A stretch of DNA of 64,000 nt from Naegleria gruberi (taxonomy: Eukaryota), in NCBI GenBank assembly GCA_000004985.1, contig GG738878.1, one strand, 5' to 3'. Every line of letters starts with the position of its first letter. Position 1 is the first letter of the stretch. A program made the translations under genes and the position numbers. Under the pieces are notes generated by a model. It worked only from the letters and a program-made list of their open reading frames with translations, was not told where the DNA came from and did no database searches. This document shows positions 43,225-54,554 of this stretch, one piece after another.

Positions 43225-43911
43225 TTAATCATCAAAGTAGCACATTTCTCCCTCTTTGAACTGGTCATATCCCAGAGAAACACAATATCCTTTTGAAGAA
43301 TAATCTTTGAATGTCTCAACATCTTGAACATTATACACAGTCTTTTTACACTCCTTACAAAAACTTTCATTTGACCAAGTATCCTCTAACATGCTGAATT
43401 GTAATGGGCACTTGTAAATATATTCACAATTCTCAATAAAACTAATATTACTCAAACTTTTGTCTTCATCATTCCATGTTTCAGATGGAATTCTGAAATC
43501 ATTACCATGAATCTTAATGTGAGCTTTTCTCCTTCTCAAAACATGCATCCAATTCTTAATGTTAAGTGCCTTTTCGAATCTTGGAAAATAGAAACAAACT
43601 AAAGGTTTCCAGATATGAGTTTGAACATAATGAAAATCTACACTTTCATCATTTACAGGCTTTTCAATTTTCTTTTCTCTCGGCTCTTGATTAAAAAGTA
43701 TTTTCAAATGTGCAGAATTTGCTTGTGAAAAACCAACCAGCTCTCCCAATTGACAATACATGGCAATGTGAATAATTAATTCGCTAGGTATTTGGCTCCA
43801 TAACGAAGGATTATTGTCGGAATCTGCTAGTTTTGTAGAGAGATTTGTGTCGGTAACATGAGACAATTTCAGTGTTAAATGTTTAATTGTAACAAAAGGA
43901 ACAAGATTCAA
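43225..43911 (-). CDS. F-box domain protein, otherwise uncharacterised
   Basis: SLWSQIPSELIIHIAMYCQLGELVGFSQANSAHLKILFNQ matches the F-box consensus. Confidence 0.4.
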   Translation of the reverse strand: MNLVPFVTIKHLTLKLSHVTDTNLSTKLADSDNNPSLWSQIPSELIIHIAMYCQLGELVGFSQANSAHLKILFNQEPREKKIEKPVNDESVDFHYVQTHIWKPLVCFYFPRFEKALNIKNWMHVLRRRKAHIKIHGNDFRIPSETWNDEDKSLSNISFIENCEYIYKCPLQFSMLEDTWSNESFCKECKKTVYNVQDVETFKDYSSKGYCVSLGYDQFKEGEMCYFDD

Positions 43912-44193
43912 AAGTTCATCTTGATTGTAGTGTGTTAGGAGAGTTATTCAGCAATTGCCCTCCCAATCACCTCAAGAACTTTAGCATTAATTCTCCCAAG
44001 ATTCGTCTATGGGAATAGTGTTTGTTGTATCGAGTGCGGTTCAGAAAATTGTTCAATTGGGAATTGTTTTCTTTGCTCTGCCTGGTCTAGGCCATTCTCA
44101 ATAATGGGAATTTCATATTTGCAATCATGCCACTTGCACATTAGATTTTCAAATGTTTAAGTTCTTTAATGAAATATCAAAAATTAAAAAAAA

Positions 44194-46221
44194 ATGCATA
44201 AAAACAATTCACAAGGAAATGTTATGAATTTTGTATTGTATTTGGTTTTGGGATTGTTGATCGTGAGTTGTTGTGGTGTGCTTGGCAGTGATTGTCCAAC
44301 ATTCCGATCAAAGAATTACTTTCCCCGAATGTTGTATGAAAATGATGGAACAATTTTTAGTGATGAATATTTAACAATGAGGGATGGTGTAAAGATTGCC
44401 TGTGATTTGTATTTACCTTATAGAGCAGTGAATGAAAATCATAGATTACCAACTCTTTTGCATATTACTAGATATAATAGATCATTTAAAGTGAATTTTC
44501 CATTCAATTACTTGTTTGGAGAAAAGCTCAGTATTAGAGGCATTCCATTCAAGAAGTTTGTTGCCAGAGGATATGCTGTAGTTTCATGTGATACTAGAGG
44601 TACTGGTGCAAGTTTTGGAAGTCGTCCTTATGATTTTCATAGAGATGAAGTTCAAGATTTTGGAGAAATTATGGATTGGGTTGTAAAGCAAAAATTCAGT
44701 AATGGAAAGATTGTATCAACAGGTATTTCGTATGATGGAATGGTTAGTGATTTCTTAGTTTCATTGAATCACAAGAGTTTGGTTGCAGTTGCATCAGTTA
44801 GCTCTCCATTCGATCTCTATAGAGATATCATTTATCCTGGAGGTCTTTATCAAAAATCATTTATTGACCATTATTTGAAATTTACTCAACATGTCGAAAA
44901 GTTTGGAGTTGCACCACAAAGAGATAATATCTGTCCAGGATGTGAACCTGACTCTTTGAGAGAAATTTTGATGAATTGGTTCGCCAAATTTATTTTGGGA
45001 GGAGTGAAGGATGTTAATGGTGATGAAGAGACGAAGAAGAAAGCAATTGAATCCCATGCTTCCTCGTATGATGCTCTCGAAATTGTTCACCATCTTGAAG
45101 ATGGTATTAATAAGGTCATTAAAACAAAGACATTTACCTATGAAATGGAAAAGGATGGGCCAGTGAGAGCTGTCCAAGATACCAAGAGAAGAATTCCAAT
45201 GCTTGTATTAGGAGGTTTCTATGAAAGCCAAGTTCAAAACAGTGCTGTGAAGAGATTCAAGTCACTCTATCATGAGGAAAGCAAATTAATTCTTGGTCCT
45301 TACACCCATGGTTTTAGAAATATTGCTTCACCTTATTTGAAGGAAAAATTCCCATGTTTCAATGCCATGGAAGAAGTTATGAGATTCTTTGATCATCATT
45401 TGGGCTTGGATGAAAATACAGGCATTGAAGATGAAAGCCCAATTCATTACTATTCTGTTGGAGCTGAAAAATGGATTTCTACTGATAGTTGGCCACCAAA
45501 ATCTATTGAAACTGTTTATCATTTCTCTGAAAACTCTAAATTAACTACTGAAAAGATGTCTGATCTTTCTTCTAGCCACATCTTGACCCTTAACTTGAAG
45601 GAAAGCACAGTCGTTTTATCCAAGTGGAATATGTTAACTCACTTGTTTGAGAAGTACCCTAGATATAGTGAAAAGCTCTCCTCTTCCTCATGGAACAATG
45701 GAAAATTAAACTTCCAATCAGAACCATTGAAAAGAGATATGGAAATTAGTGGAAATCCTTATATTGATGTGGAAATTACAGCAAATAACAAGGATGGCGT
45801 ATTATTTGCCTACATTCAAGAAGTAGAAGCCAAAGGAGCTGTCAATCTTATTATGGATACTCAATTAAGACTCGTTCATAGAAAATTAACAGGAAAATCG
45901 AATACTGGAGTTATTGATGTTATTCCTTTCAATTCCTTCTACTTGGAAGATAGAGAATACTTGGAACCAAACAAGAGAACACATGTCAGAATGTACTTCC
46001 CAGCCTTGTCATACACTGTCAAAACTGGAAATTGCATTAAGGTTTCATTATTCACTTTTGATGATTTGAACTTTAAGATATTTGGTAATGCTTCTGATTT
46101 GTCAACCACGTTACAAGTTCACTCTGGATCTGTCTATTTACCGGTTGTTGGAGAAGAAATTGTGGAGGAATCAATCATTACTAATGAAGAGGAGCCACAA
46201 GAGGAAAAAGATGAATTATAA
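44194..46221 (+). CDS. Secreted CocE/NonD-family alpha/beta hydrolase (peptidase S15 / X-Pro dipeptidyl-peptidase-like)
   Basis: Signal peptide MHKNNSQGNVMNFVLYLVLGLLIVSCCGVLGS. Motifs MRDGVKIACDLYLP, YAVVSCDTRGTGASFG, GISYDGMVSDF (GxSxG nucleophile elbow). Intronless 675-aa ORF. Confidence 0.7.
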   Translation: MHKNNSQGNVMNFVLYLVLGLLIVSCCGVLGSDCPTFRSKNYFPRMLYENDGTIFSDEYLTMRDGVKIACDLYLPYRAVNENHRLPTLLHITRYNRSFKVNFPFNYLFGEKLSIRGIPFKKFVARGYAVVSCDTRGTGASFGSRPYDFHRDEVQDFGEIMDWVVKQKFSNGKIVSTGISYDGMVSDFLVSLNHKSLVAVASVSSPFDLYRDIIYPGGLYQKSFIDHYLKFTQHVEKFGVAPQRDNICPGCEPDSLREILMNWFAKFILGGVKDVNGDEETKKKAIESHASSYDALEIVHHLEDGINKVIKTKTFTYEMEKDGPVRAVQDTKRRIPMLVLGGFYESQVQNSAVKRFKSLYHEESKLILGPYTHGFRNIASPYLKEKFPCFNAMEEVMRFFDHHLGLDENTGIEDESPIHYYSVGAEKWISTDSWPPKSIETVYHFSENSKLTTEKMSDLSSSHILTLNLKESTVVLSKWNMLTHLFEKYPRYSEKLSSSSWNNGKLNFQSEPLKRDMEISGNPYIDVEITANNKDGVLFAYIQEVEAKGAVNLIMDTQLRLVHRKLTGKSNTGVIDVIPFNSFYLEDREYLEPNKRTHVRMYFPALSYTVKTGNCIKVSLFTFDDLNFKIFGNASDLSTTLQVHSGSVYLPVVGEEIVEESIITNEEEPQEEKDEL

Positions 46222-46226
46222 ACTAT

Positions 46227-47144
46227 TTAATGATGACTAATCGGAAGTGGAATGTGTTCTTTTGTGAAATGATCAATCTCTGCACAATACTTTTCTGGTT
46301 CAACAACAAAAATCTTAATGTGATCAATATCACCCTCAAAGCAACAAATCTTTACAGATTTCTTTTCCTTATAATTAGACCAAAATGCATAAACTGCCTT
46401 TGAAGGAACAATAAAATCTTCCTTGGCATACATGACCAAAATTGGAGTGTCTTCACCAAACACCTTTGTGGTTAAACTCAATTCACTCAAATATCCAACA
46501 TAGAACTGTTCAGCCATATTGCTCACATGATAGTAAAAGTAAAATACACAATAAATAATAAATCTAATGATCATTCCAATAATTCCAATAGAATTCTTAT
46601 CAGGAATAACTTTCTTCAATTTCTTATCATAGTTATATCCTGCCAAAACTGAAATAGCATCTGCATCTTCAGTATTTACACCAGGGAATGAATCAGAAAT
46701 CAATCCTCTATATCCCTTTCTAACATTTATATAATCATTCTTATTAGAATCCAATAGAGCCATCATTCTAGCAACAAATAAACCTCCATTATTTGAAATT
46801 GCATGAACAATGAAAGAGCTTTCATTTTCCTTCTGATCCACTTCAATCATATCCAAAATTTTCTCTACTCCATTCAAAGATGCTTTTTTCGAAAATAATT
46901 CCCAAGAATCTGGAATATACGACAAGACATCATATCCCTTTCTGGTATAAATTGCAGTATACTTGGAGACGAATCTGAACTTGCTTCCATACCAACCAAT
47001 CAACAAAACAAGTGGTGGAATATTCTTCGGATTCTCCGATCCAATATCATCATGCTCAAAAAATTGGAGCTTGTTTTTATTTCCGAACTTTTGTACCAAA
47101 CGTTGAAGTGTTTCCCTGCTGTTGCTGTGATGATGTTGAGCCAT
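46227..47144 (-). CDS. TMEM53/DUF829-family alpha/beta-hydrolase-fold protein
   Basis: PPLVLLIGWYGSKFRFVSKYTAIYTRKGYDVLSYIPD parallels the TMEM53 core. First ATG at 47144 (MAQHHHSNSRETL). Confidence 0.6.
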   Translation of the reverse strand: MAQHHHSNSRETLQRLVQKFGNKNKLQFFEHDDIGSENPKNIPPLVLLIGWYGSKFRFVSKYTAIYTRKGYDVLSYIPDSWELFSKKASLNGVEKILDMIEVDQKENESSFIVHAISNNGGLFVARMMALLDSNKNDYINVRKGYRGLISDSFPGVNTEDADAISVLAGYNYDKKLKKVIPDKNSIGIIGMIIRFIIYCVFYFYYHVSNMAEQFYVGYLSELSLTTKVFGEDTPILVMYAKEDFIVPSKAVYAFWSNYKEKKSVKICCFEGDIDHIKIFVVEPEKYCAEIDHFTKEHIPLPISHH

Positions 47145-47549
47145 TTTTTTTATTGTAGATTTTTTAATTGGGTTGTCCTGTTGTAATGCAAAGATATTAG
47201 AGAATCTCATTATCTCAATATTAATACGCACGCTAGCACATAAAATAATTCTCCCAATGGTACCGATTTACCAATCATGTTAAAAAGTGCGACAGTATAA
47301 AATCAATAACTTTCAATATTTTGTAAACTTTCCACCTTGTTCCATAAGCATTGATCATTTACTGTATTGTAAAAAATCAAAATAATTTTCAAATTTGATC
47401 AAAATAAACGAAGAGGAACCAGAAACCTTCCAATTCCATTCAATTTCAATTCTTAAAAAAATCAAAAAAACGAATTAAGGGATCAATTCTCCGCAAGCTT
47501 TGAATCATCAAATACTTATTTATTAAGGAAAAATTATGATTGCAATAAT

Positions 47550-48957
47550 ATGAGTCCAACAAATTCGATATACCAGCAGAAGTGGAGAGTCTCATCACAA
47601 TTATGTATCATGATGATGATGATGGTAATTTTCTGTTGCACTAGATTGGAATATATTAAAGCCAATACTCCAATAATTCGATATTTAAATTTTGATACCT
47701 ATTATACGATGGATTCAAATTCAACTCTTCAATATGGTTTCAAGGTTGGGAAAGATCAAGAGAATTTAAGAGTGGCTGAGGGTTGTGAAATACTGCTTTC
47801 CTTTCGCTCGTTAAATGAAGAATCGAATTTAATTAACATGTCTTTGAGTAGTCTTCCATCTGAATTGTTCAGCAAGTATTATCCATCTACTATGGCAGAA
47901 ATTTATTCGATACAATTTGATGCCAGTAGCTTGCAATATCTCAATAACACCTCTATGGAATTCAAGCACCACTGCCCGAACGGAATTGCAAACGCAAGGT
48001 TAGGAACCTTATCTGCATATACATTTACAAATGATCGTTTTTTAGCCACCAGTGCGCAGCATGGACCTGTAGAAACAACCTTATTAAGATTTCCAATGAT
48101 TTCATTAAGATTATTTGGTGATAGGCTGATTATTGGCATTCACTTGTCATTCATCTTGAGATCCACTGTATTGAATCAGCAGAAATATATCTATGGTCCA
48201 ACAGAACTAGAATTTAACCTCCAACTTTATCACAAATTGGTTCTTAACATGCCATCCATTGCTTCAACAGTTGTGGGGACAGTTTTCACAGTTAAAGAAA
48301 CAAAAAAGGAATCACAAGCGTTTACTCCAGAAGGCTACTCTACTCTCTTTTCACTTGGATTGGTTGGTGGAGAAACCTCAAAGGCAACATTGAGGTATAC
48401 ATTCAGTTCTCTGGTAATACTTGATGCTCTGGGATCATATGTAATGTTTAAACCAAGGTACTCTAATCAGCTATGGACATTTCTTAGATACTCTTCCTTA
48501 TCCTGGAGAAAAAGTATTTCGTGTCAAAATGCCAGCCATTTCGACTGTGAGAATTAAAAACATTGCTGCAACCTATGGATCTTTCACAGTAAGGTTAAAG
48601 AGAATGAGTCCACCTACATCTTATTCGTATGAACAATCAGAGTTCATAACAGCCAATATTGCAACAGCAACCAATTTTGAAATTTTGAATCTTGACTATG
48701 TGGAAACAAATCTCTTCATTTCCCTTGATCCAAACACTCATTCATTTTTTGGATTCGATATTGAAGTGCAGAGAAATGTGGTTGGACAGTTTGCGTTTGT
48801 GGTTTTAGGGGTAATACCTATTTTGTTCACTTTGTTCATAAGTGTTGCAATTATTATTGTGCTTGTTACAATTAAGCGAAATTCTTCAACTTACCGTTAT
48901 AAAGAAAGTGAACTCTTACAAAATAATGAAATGGACTCAATAAATAGAGATTTATAA
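47550..48957 (+). CDS. Predicted type-I membrane protein (signal peptide, large ectodomain, single C-terminal TM); two overlapping ORFs 47550..48557 and 48529..48957 related by +1 frame break at TAA 48555-48557
   Basis: N-term MMMMMVIFCCTRLEYIKA hydrophobic. C-term TM FAFVVLGVIPILFTLFISVAIIIVLV. No GT..AG pair of >=40 nt can join the frames. Confidence 0.4.
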
Positions 48958-48981
48958 ATTAAAGGAAGTTTTGAGGGTTGT

Positions 48982-51059
48982 TTAGTGATGAATTGGACGA
49001 AGAACTGGTTCTTCAAGATCGAGAGACAATTCCCAATCGTGGAGTGGAATAAGGGCAGGACGGAGAGAAATAGTAACACAGGTAATATTTTCCTTTTGGC
49101 ATTCAGAGTAAAGGTGAGCTTCAACGTCAGGAGAGACAGCACTTGTACATTCGTCCAAAATAGCGTAAGCTGGCTTATGGTACAATAATCTAGCAACTGC
49201 CAATCTTTGTTGTTCTCCCAATGAAAGAATATCATCCCAATTCTTTTCTTGATCCCAACCTTCTCTTTCGGCAATATAGGCAATTCTGACTCTTCTTAAA
49301 AATTCCTTAAGTTCATCATTAGAGAATTTCTTAGATTTTTCGCTATTAGCACCTTCTGGGTAAATAATTTGTTCTCTGAGAGTACCAAAAATGTTATATG
49401 GTTTTTGAGGAATATAGTAAATATCAGAGCATAAAGTATTATTGGCACCACCAGGTTTTTGAATCTTACCAGAATCAGCATACCACAATCCAGCTAAAAC
49501 TCTGAAAATTGATGATTTACCAGTACCATTAGGACCAGTAATGAGGAGATTGTTTCTCTTTTCTGGGGTAGTCTTTAAAACCTCAAATGACAATGATTTA
49601 ACGAGAGTGTGATTGTCTGGTGTTGATAAATGTACATCTTCAAATTTGATAATATCTCCTGAAACAATATGTTTGGCCTTCTTTTCAGCATCCATCTTTT
49701 CAATAGAATCAATGGTTTCCAAGAGGTGACAAATGTTAGCAGCATAACCTGATGTTTCAGATAAACGAGTATGCAAGTGAATAATTTCACCAACAGCTGT
49801 AAATTCGTGTGAAACGACAGCAGCCAAATATCTCAAAACTCTGGCCAATTCAGTTTGGTCAGAATGCTTCAACATACCAAAGAAAACTGGATACATGGCA
49901 ATGAGCCAACTGACAGCTTGAGGTAAGTTGAATACAAAGAAGTCATTGAAGAAACCGAACAACCACTTGGATCTGATGAGCAATCTCTTGTGATTGAACA
50001 AATTCCAGAAAGCTTCATCAGAAACATTTCTTTCCAAAGCATCACCAGCATAGAAAGCAATGGATTCACCATTGGTAGCAGTTCTATAATGAGTATGTCT
50101 GAATTTACTTTCAAGATCTTGCAATCTTGAAGTAAGAGTACCAAATGGAGGTCTCAAAATAGCCATAGCAATGAATGAGAAGGTCATGTATCCCAAGATA
50201 ACAAGAGGACCTCCAACACCAACAATATTAACGAATTGATAAGTATAAACAATAACGTCAGCAATTGGTTTGACCAAGTTGGCATACAAGCTACAAATAC
50301 CATCACAGAACCTGTCAACATCTTGTGTAATGGTTTGATCACTATTGAGATTCAATATTATTGAAATAATTGTAGGAAAAACTTACGGATCATTGAGGCC
50401 AGTATTCAAATTGGCAGTCTTGTAGTACATCATATTACGCAAATACTTGCCATGAATATATTTTGTCAAGGAAATTCTCCATTCCAATTGAAGTTTGTTG
50501 ATGAGGAATTTCAAACTTGGAGCCAAGAGTGACGAAGCAAATGAGAGTAATGTGGAATATCCAAGAATTGACATGAAACTTTTGAAATCAAAGTTCATTA
50601 AAGCACCTGATAATTCACCTGATAAACTACTCAACCAGTTACTAACAAATGTTCTCATAATGACAACGATTGTGACACCAATCAATTGTAAAAATTCTTT
50701 AGATCTTTTTTGGAAATTTAGAAATCACATTAAACTCAAATTACTTACTTGACAGAAGGAACAACGATAGAAATCAAAAGCTTCAATCTTTCTAAAAATT
50801 GCATATCAATATTTGCCTTGATTTTCTTTCCTCCTTCTTGATTGTCGATTTGTTTGGAAATACCCTTCTTGAATTTCCAATATTTAACCAAACCAACAAG
50901 ACCAGCAACAGAAATAGCACCAGAGATTGATGCATACTTTAAGTTTCTCTTATTAAAAAAGTCTGTTTTACCAGTTACTGCTTGGAATAATTCGGCCAAG
51001 CCAAACATTGTATCTTTTAAAGCATCTCCGACACTTGGTTTACTTTGTACATTGACCAT
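48982..51059 (-). CDS. Peroxisomal-type ABC half-transporter (ABCD family); 3 exons (51059..50749, 50704..50387, 50341..48982), introns 44 and 45 nt
   Basis: Colinear with ABCD1/PMP70 (NDPDQTITQDVDRFCDGICSLYANLVKP; ESIAFYAGDALE; LITGPNGTGKSSIFRVLAGLW; LSLGEQQRLAVARLLYHKPAYAILDECTSAVS). GTAAGT donors at 50748 and 50386. Acceptors aaaaag (50705) and caatag (50342). Total 662 aa. Confidence 0.85.
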
Positions 51060-51799
51060 TTTAATACTAGTATTTTAAATTGATCCTATAATGTTGTTGT
51101 TATTATATAAATGATGGTTAAATCTATTACTACAAAAAACAAATTTCCTTCCAATACAATGGCCTAAAATTTGATGAAAATTATAAAACGTCGACAACAA
51201 GAGAAAAACTGTTATTTCTTCTTTCCTTCAGTGCTGATGTTGTTGTTATTGATGATGATGGTGCTGATGTTTTAAAATTCTCTTGGCAATGTAGACAGGC
51301 CTTGTCCGATATTAAACAAGAGAGAGATGCACTGGGAAATTTTTTTTAAAGAATGGAAATTTTCCTGTCTGTTGATTTTCTGTGCTTTGCCTGCGATGTT
51401 GGGAAAGAATACAGAGAAAGAAAAATTCTCCAAGATGACAAGGAGAATCTTTGCGGCAATAAAAGGGTGGTTATCTGAGCATTAGTTTACAATGTTGTGA
51501 TTCTTAATATCAATGATAATTATTATTCTTACAGAATGATGATGGTAGAAGAATGGAAGAATAAGAAACAACAATTTGATTGGTAAAGGTATGTCAACAT
51601 TGCCAATAAGATGATTAAAGATCTAGGATTAATATATTAGCTTCTTTTCCCAATTATTTTCTTATCTTTGGAAACAAAATTCAAAAGTTCCCTTCATTTA
51701 CGTGTTCCAATACGTCATTTGATGAAGTTTTTCAACCCCATACAAACAACTATCCGTTAGAGGTAAAGAATTCTTGCGTTAATTATTAACAACAAAAAA

Positions 51800-52705
51800 A
51801 TGTTGGCCTTTATCATAATTAGTCAAGCTGCAGTCTATTTGGGATTACTCTTCCTCGTGTTGTGTGTTGCTACGGGATTGTACTATTTGGCAGAGTTGGC
51901 TGAAGAAAATACTGTCATGACTAAGAGAGTTATTTCCTATACGATCTATGTAGGTTGATGATGAGTTAGCCTTGGAGCATAGAACAATTATTAATCATGA
52001 TGATGAAAATTATCGGAATGAATTTGGAAATTAATGGAAAATAGCTTGTTGTTGCTTTACATTTAATTTTGTGGATTTTTGATGAATTGTATTTCAAGTA
52101 TATTTTCATCGGAATTGTTTCTCATATTATTTATTATCAATTGCTTTCTACATTCCCATTCATTAGGGTGAAATCTCTCTCTTTTGTGTTGAGCATTGGT
52201 AAGTTTTGGATTAATGATTTTAATTATATATTTAATAATTATTATTCAGTTGCTTTCTGTATTTCACATGTTGGATGGTATTATTACTTTACTGATTTTT
52301 ACACACCAATTTATGATTTTTCTGAATTGCTAGGTAAGTAGAGTTTGATAATATTTCTGATGAGCCTGACACTTCTTGTTTTAATTTAAAATAATAATAT
52401 TTTAATTTTTATTTTAATTCAATAATTATTAAATATTGAAATCTTTAGGATTTTTCTTCATTTGTGTCTGGATTACTCCATTGGCACTGTTTGTAAGTTT
52501 GAGTATTGGAGATGTTCAATTGCCTGGACTTGGAATGAATGATGGAATTGATTCTGGAAATAGAGATATTTTGAAGAAGAAAAAGAACAATGTTGCTCAA
52601 TGGATTATGTCCTTCTTGAATCGTTTCAGAAAATCCCAAGAAACTGCTCTTCCACAACATCAACCATATATGAATGTCAACAATTCATATACACCATCAT
52701 ATTAA
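51800..52705 (+). CDS. TEX261: TEX261/Svp26-family ER-Golgi cargo-receptor protein; 4 exons (51800..51949, 52045..52198, 52250..52333, 52449..52705)
   Basis: ATGLYYLAELAEENTVMTKRVISY; QLLSTFPFIRV; GFFFICVWITPLALFVSLSIGDVQLP parallel TEX261. GTAGGT/GTAAGT donors. Intron 2 is 51 nt and ORF-preserving, so the track shows it as read-through. Confidence 0.75.
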
Positions 52706-52864
52706 ATATGAAAAATCCAAAATACTATAAAAATTTATTTATTTCTTTTTTCAAATAAGATTATAATATAATTTAGATGTTGCAAAAACAAATTACATTC
52801 TGAAATCAATGAATTAAAGAAAAAGTAATATAATAATTTAATATTTATTCAAAGTATTAAAAAA

Positions 52865-54347
52865 ATGCAGCAAAGAAATTCTTCATTCACCGTGGAAATA
52901 TTTCAACAAGAAGTTTTGGATTACCTATCGGAAAGTTTAATGTTGAAGGAAAAACATGGATCGGAAGAATCTAAAAATTTACTTGTTAATTCTCTGTTGA
53001 GACCTCCATCCATATCAACCATTCGAGTGAATACTTATCATTATAAAAAAGGTGGAAAATTCTCAAGTCATGATGAAATTATGGAACAAGCAAGGAAGGA
53101 TTTGGAAACAATTTTTCAAAACAAGTACAAGGTTGAGAGGAGTCCAAATGTTGATGATTGTTTGGTGATCCCTGTTAATGAACTCTCACCAAATTATTCA
53201 AATATTTCGGATCAATGTATGTAATCACTTATGTAATTAATTGGAATTTATTGAAAAAGATATTGTTGTGGATAGAAAATGTGGAGAAGCTGTACTGAGA
53301 GGAGCTGATGTATTTGCTCCAGGAATTTTGGGAATTTCAAAAAATTGTCATTCTGGATCTGAAATTGCAATTCTATGTGATATTTCTTCTCAAACAAAGA
53401 AGGGATTCAGATTTGAAAAAACCATTGAGGAAATGATACAAATTGATGAAAATACCAAGTACCAGAATTTCATCTATGTTGGAAATGGAATTTTGAAAAT
53501 GGACAGGACCAGTATTTTCCAAGCCAATGTAAAGGGAATTGGATTGGAGGTAACCCAACCATTCTATGAGACCTGCTCCTTGAATGAAATATCTCAAACA
53601 TATTACAATGAATTTTTCGCTCAAAATATTTGCTCCATGGTGGTAGCTCACCTTTTGGATCCAAAAAAGGGAGAAAAGATTTTGGATATGTGTGCATGTC
53701 CAGGTGGAAAAACTACACACATTTCAAATCTTATGGAGAATGAAGGTGAATTGATTTGTTGCGATAGACAGAAAGGAAAGGTTGACCTATTAAAGAAATT
53801 GAGTGAAAAACTTGGTTATTCAGTGATGAAACCAACAGTCCTTGATGGTACAAAGGCAACAAGAAGAGTTAACACTGATTCTTCTGAAAATCAAAAATCA
53901 AAAAAGAGAAAGACCAATGAAGAACAAGTATTTTTAGAGGAGAATTATTTTGATAGAGTATTGGTGGATGCACCATGTTCTGGACTTGGACAAAGACCTA
54001 CCCTCTCATTTAAGGAATTTTCATTGGATTCTCTCAAAAAGACAGCTGAATATCAACGAAAGATTTTGGCAGAGGCTTTCAAGGTTTTAAAACCTGGTGG
54101 TATTCTTGTCTTTTCCACATGTACCATCAGTCCAATGGAGAATGAAGAAAATGTTTTGTGGATGCTTGAAAATTTCCACTCTAAAATTGAGTTATTGACA
54201 CCCAACATGACAGCTTTTGCCAGTGAAGGTCTTTCATCCATTATTTCTGATTCTTCAATACGGAGTAAGGTCCTTCGATTTGATCCAGTAACAACTCCTG
54301 AAACTATTGGGTTCTTTGCTTGCAAATTCAAAAAACTTTCCAATTAA
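52865..54347 (+). CDS. NOL1/NOP2/Sun-family RNA cytosine-C5 methyltransferase with PUA-like domain (NSUN6-like); 2 exons (52865..53216, 53260..54347)
   Basis: DIVVDRKCGEAVLRGADVFAPGI (PUA). LDMCACPGGKTTH, VLVDAPCSGLGQRP, GGILVFSTCTISPMENE (m5C MTase motifs). GTATGT donor at 53217, 43-nt intron, acceptor aaaaag at 53259. Confidence 0.75.
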
Positions 54348-54554
54348 AACATTTCAAATATTTCAATACCTCTCTCTAATAACACACAAGTTTTGGAAAT
54401 CTAATTACAGAGCCCCTGCCCATTATTACTCTGCAGTAATGTCTATTGAATATTTACTTTGAGAGAGCTGTGCACGATCCATTAGTTTTGGAGTGTTCAA
54501 ATGGCGAAGCGACTCCTTTTGGGAAATAAAAGCGCCAAAATCACAATCTAAAAA

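Noticed and set aside
51800-51950. Apparent frame change inside exon 1 of the TEX261/Svp26 gene, which would have been a third '+1 at stop' site
   Set aside because: Re-reading the sequence against the ORF-track coordinates showed it was my own transcription slip. Exon 1 is a clean 150-nt ORF ending at a GTAGGT donor. TEX261, NSUN6, ABCD, WDR62 and the beta-helix gene all resolve with canonical introns. I therefore do not claim a genome-wide frameshifting system.
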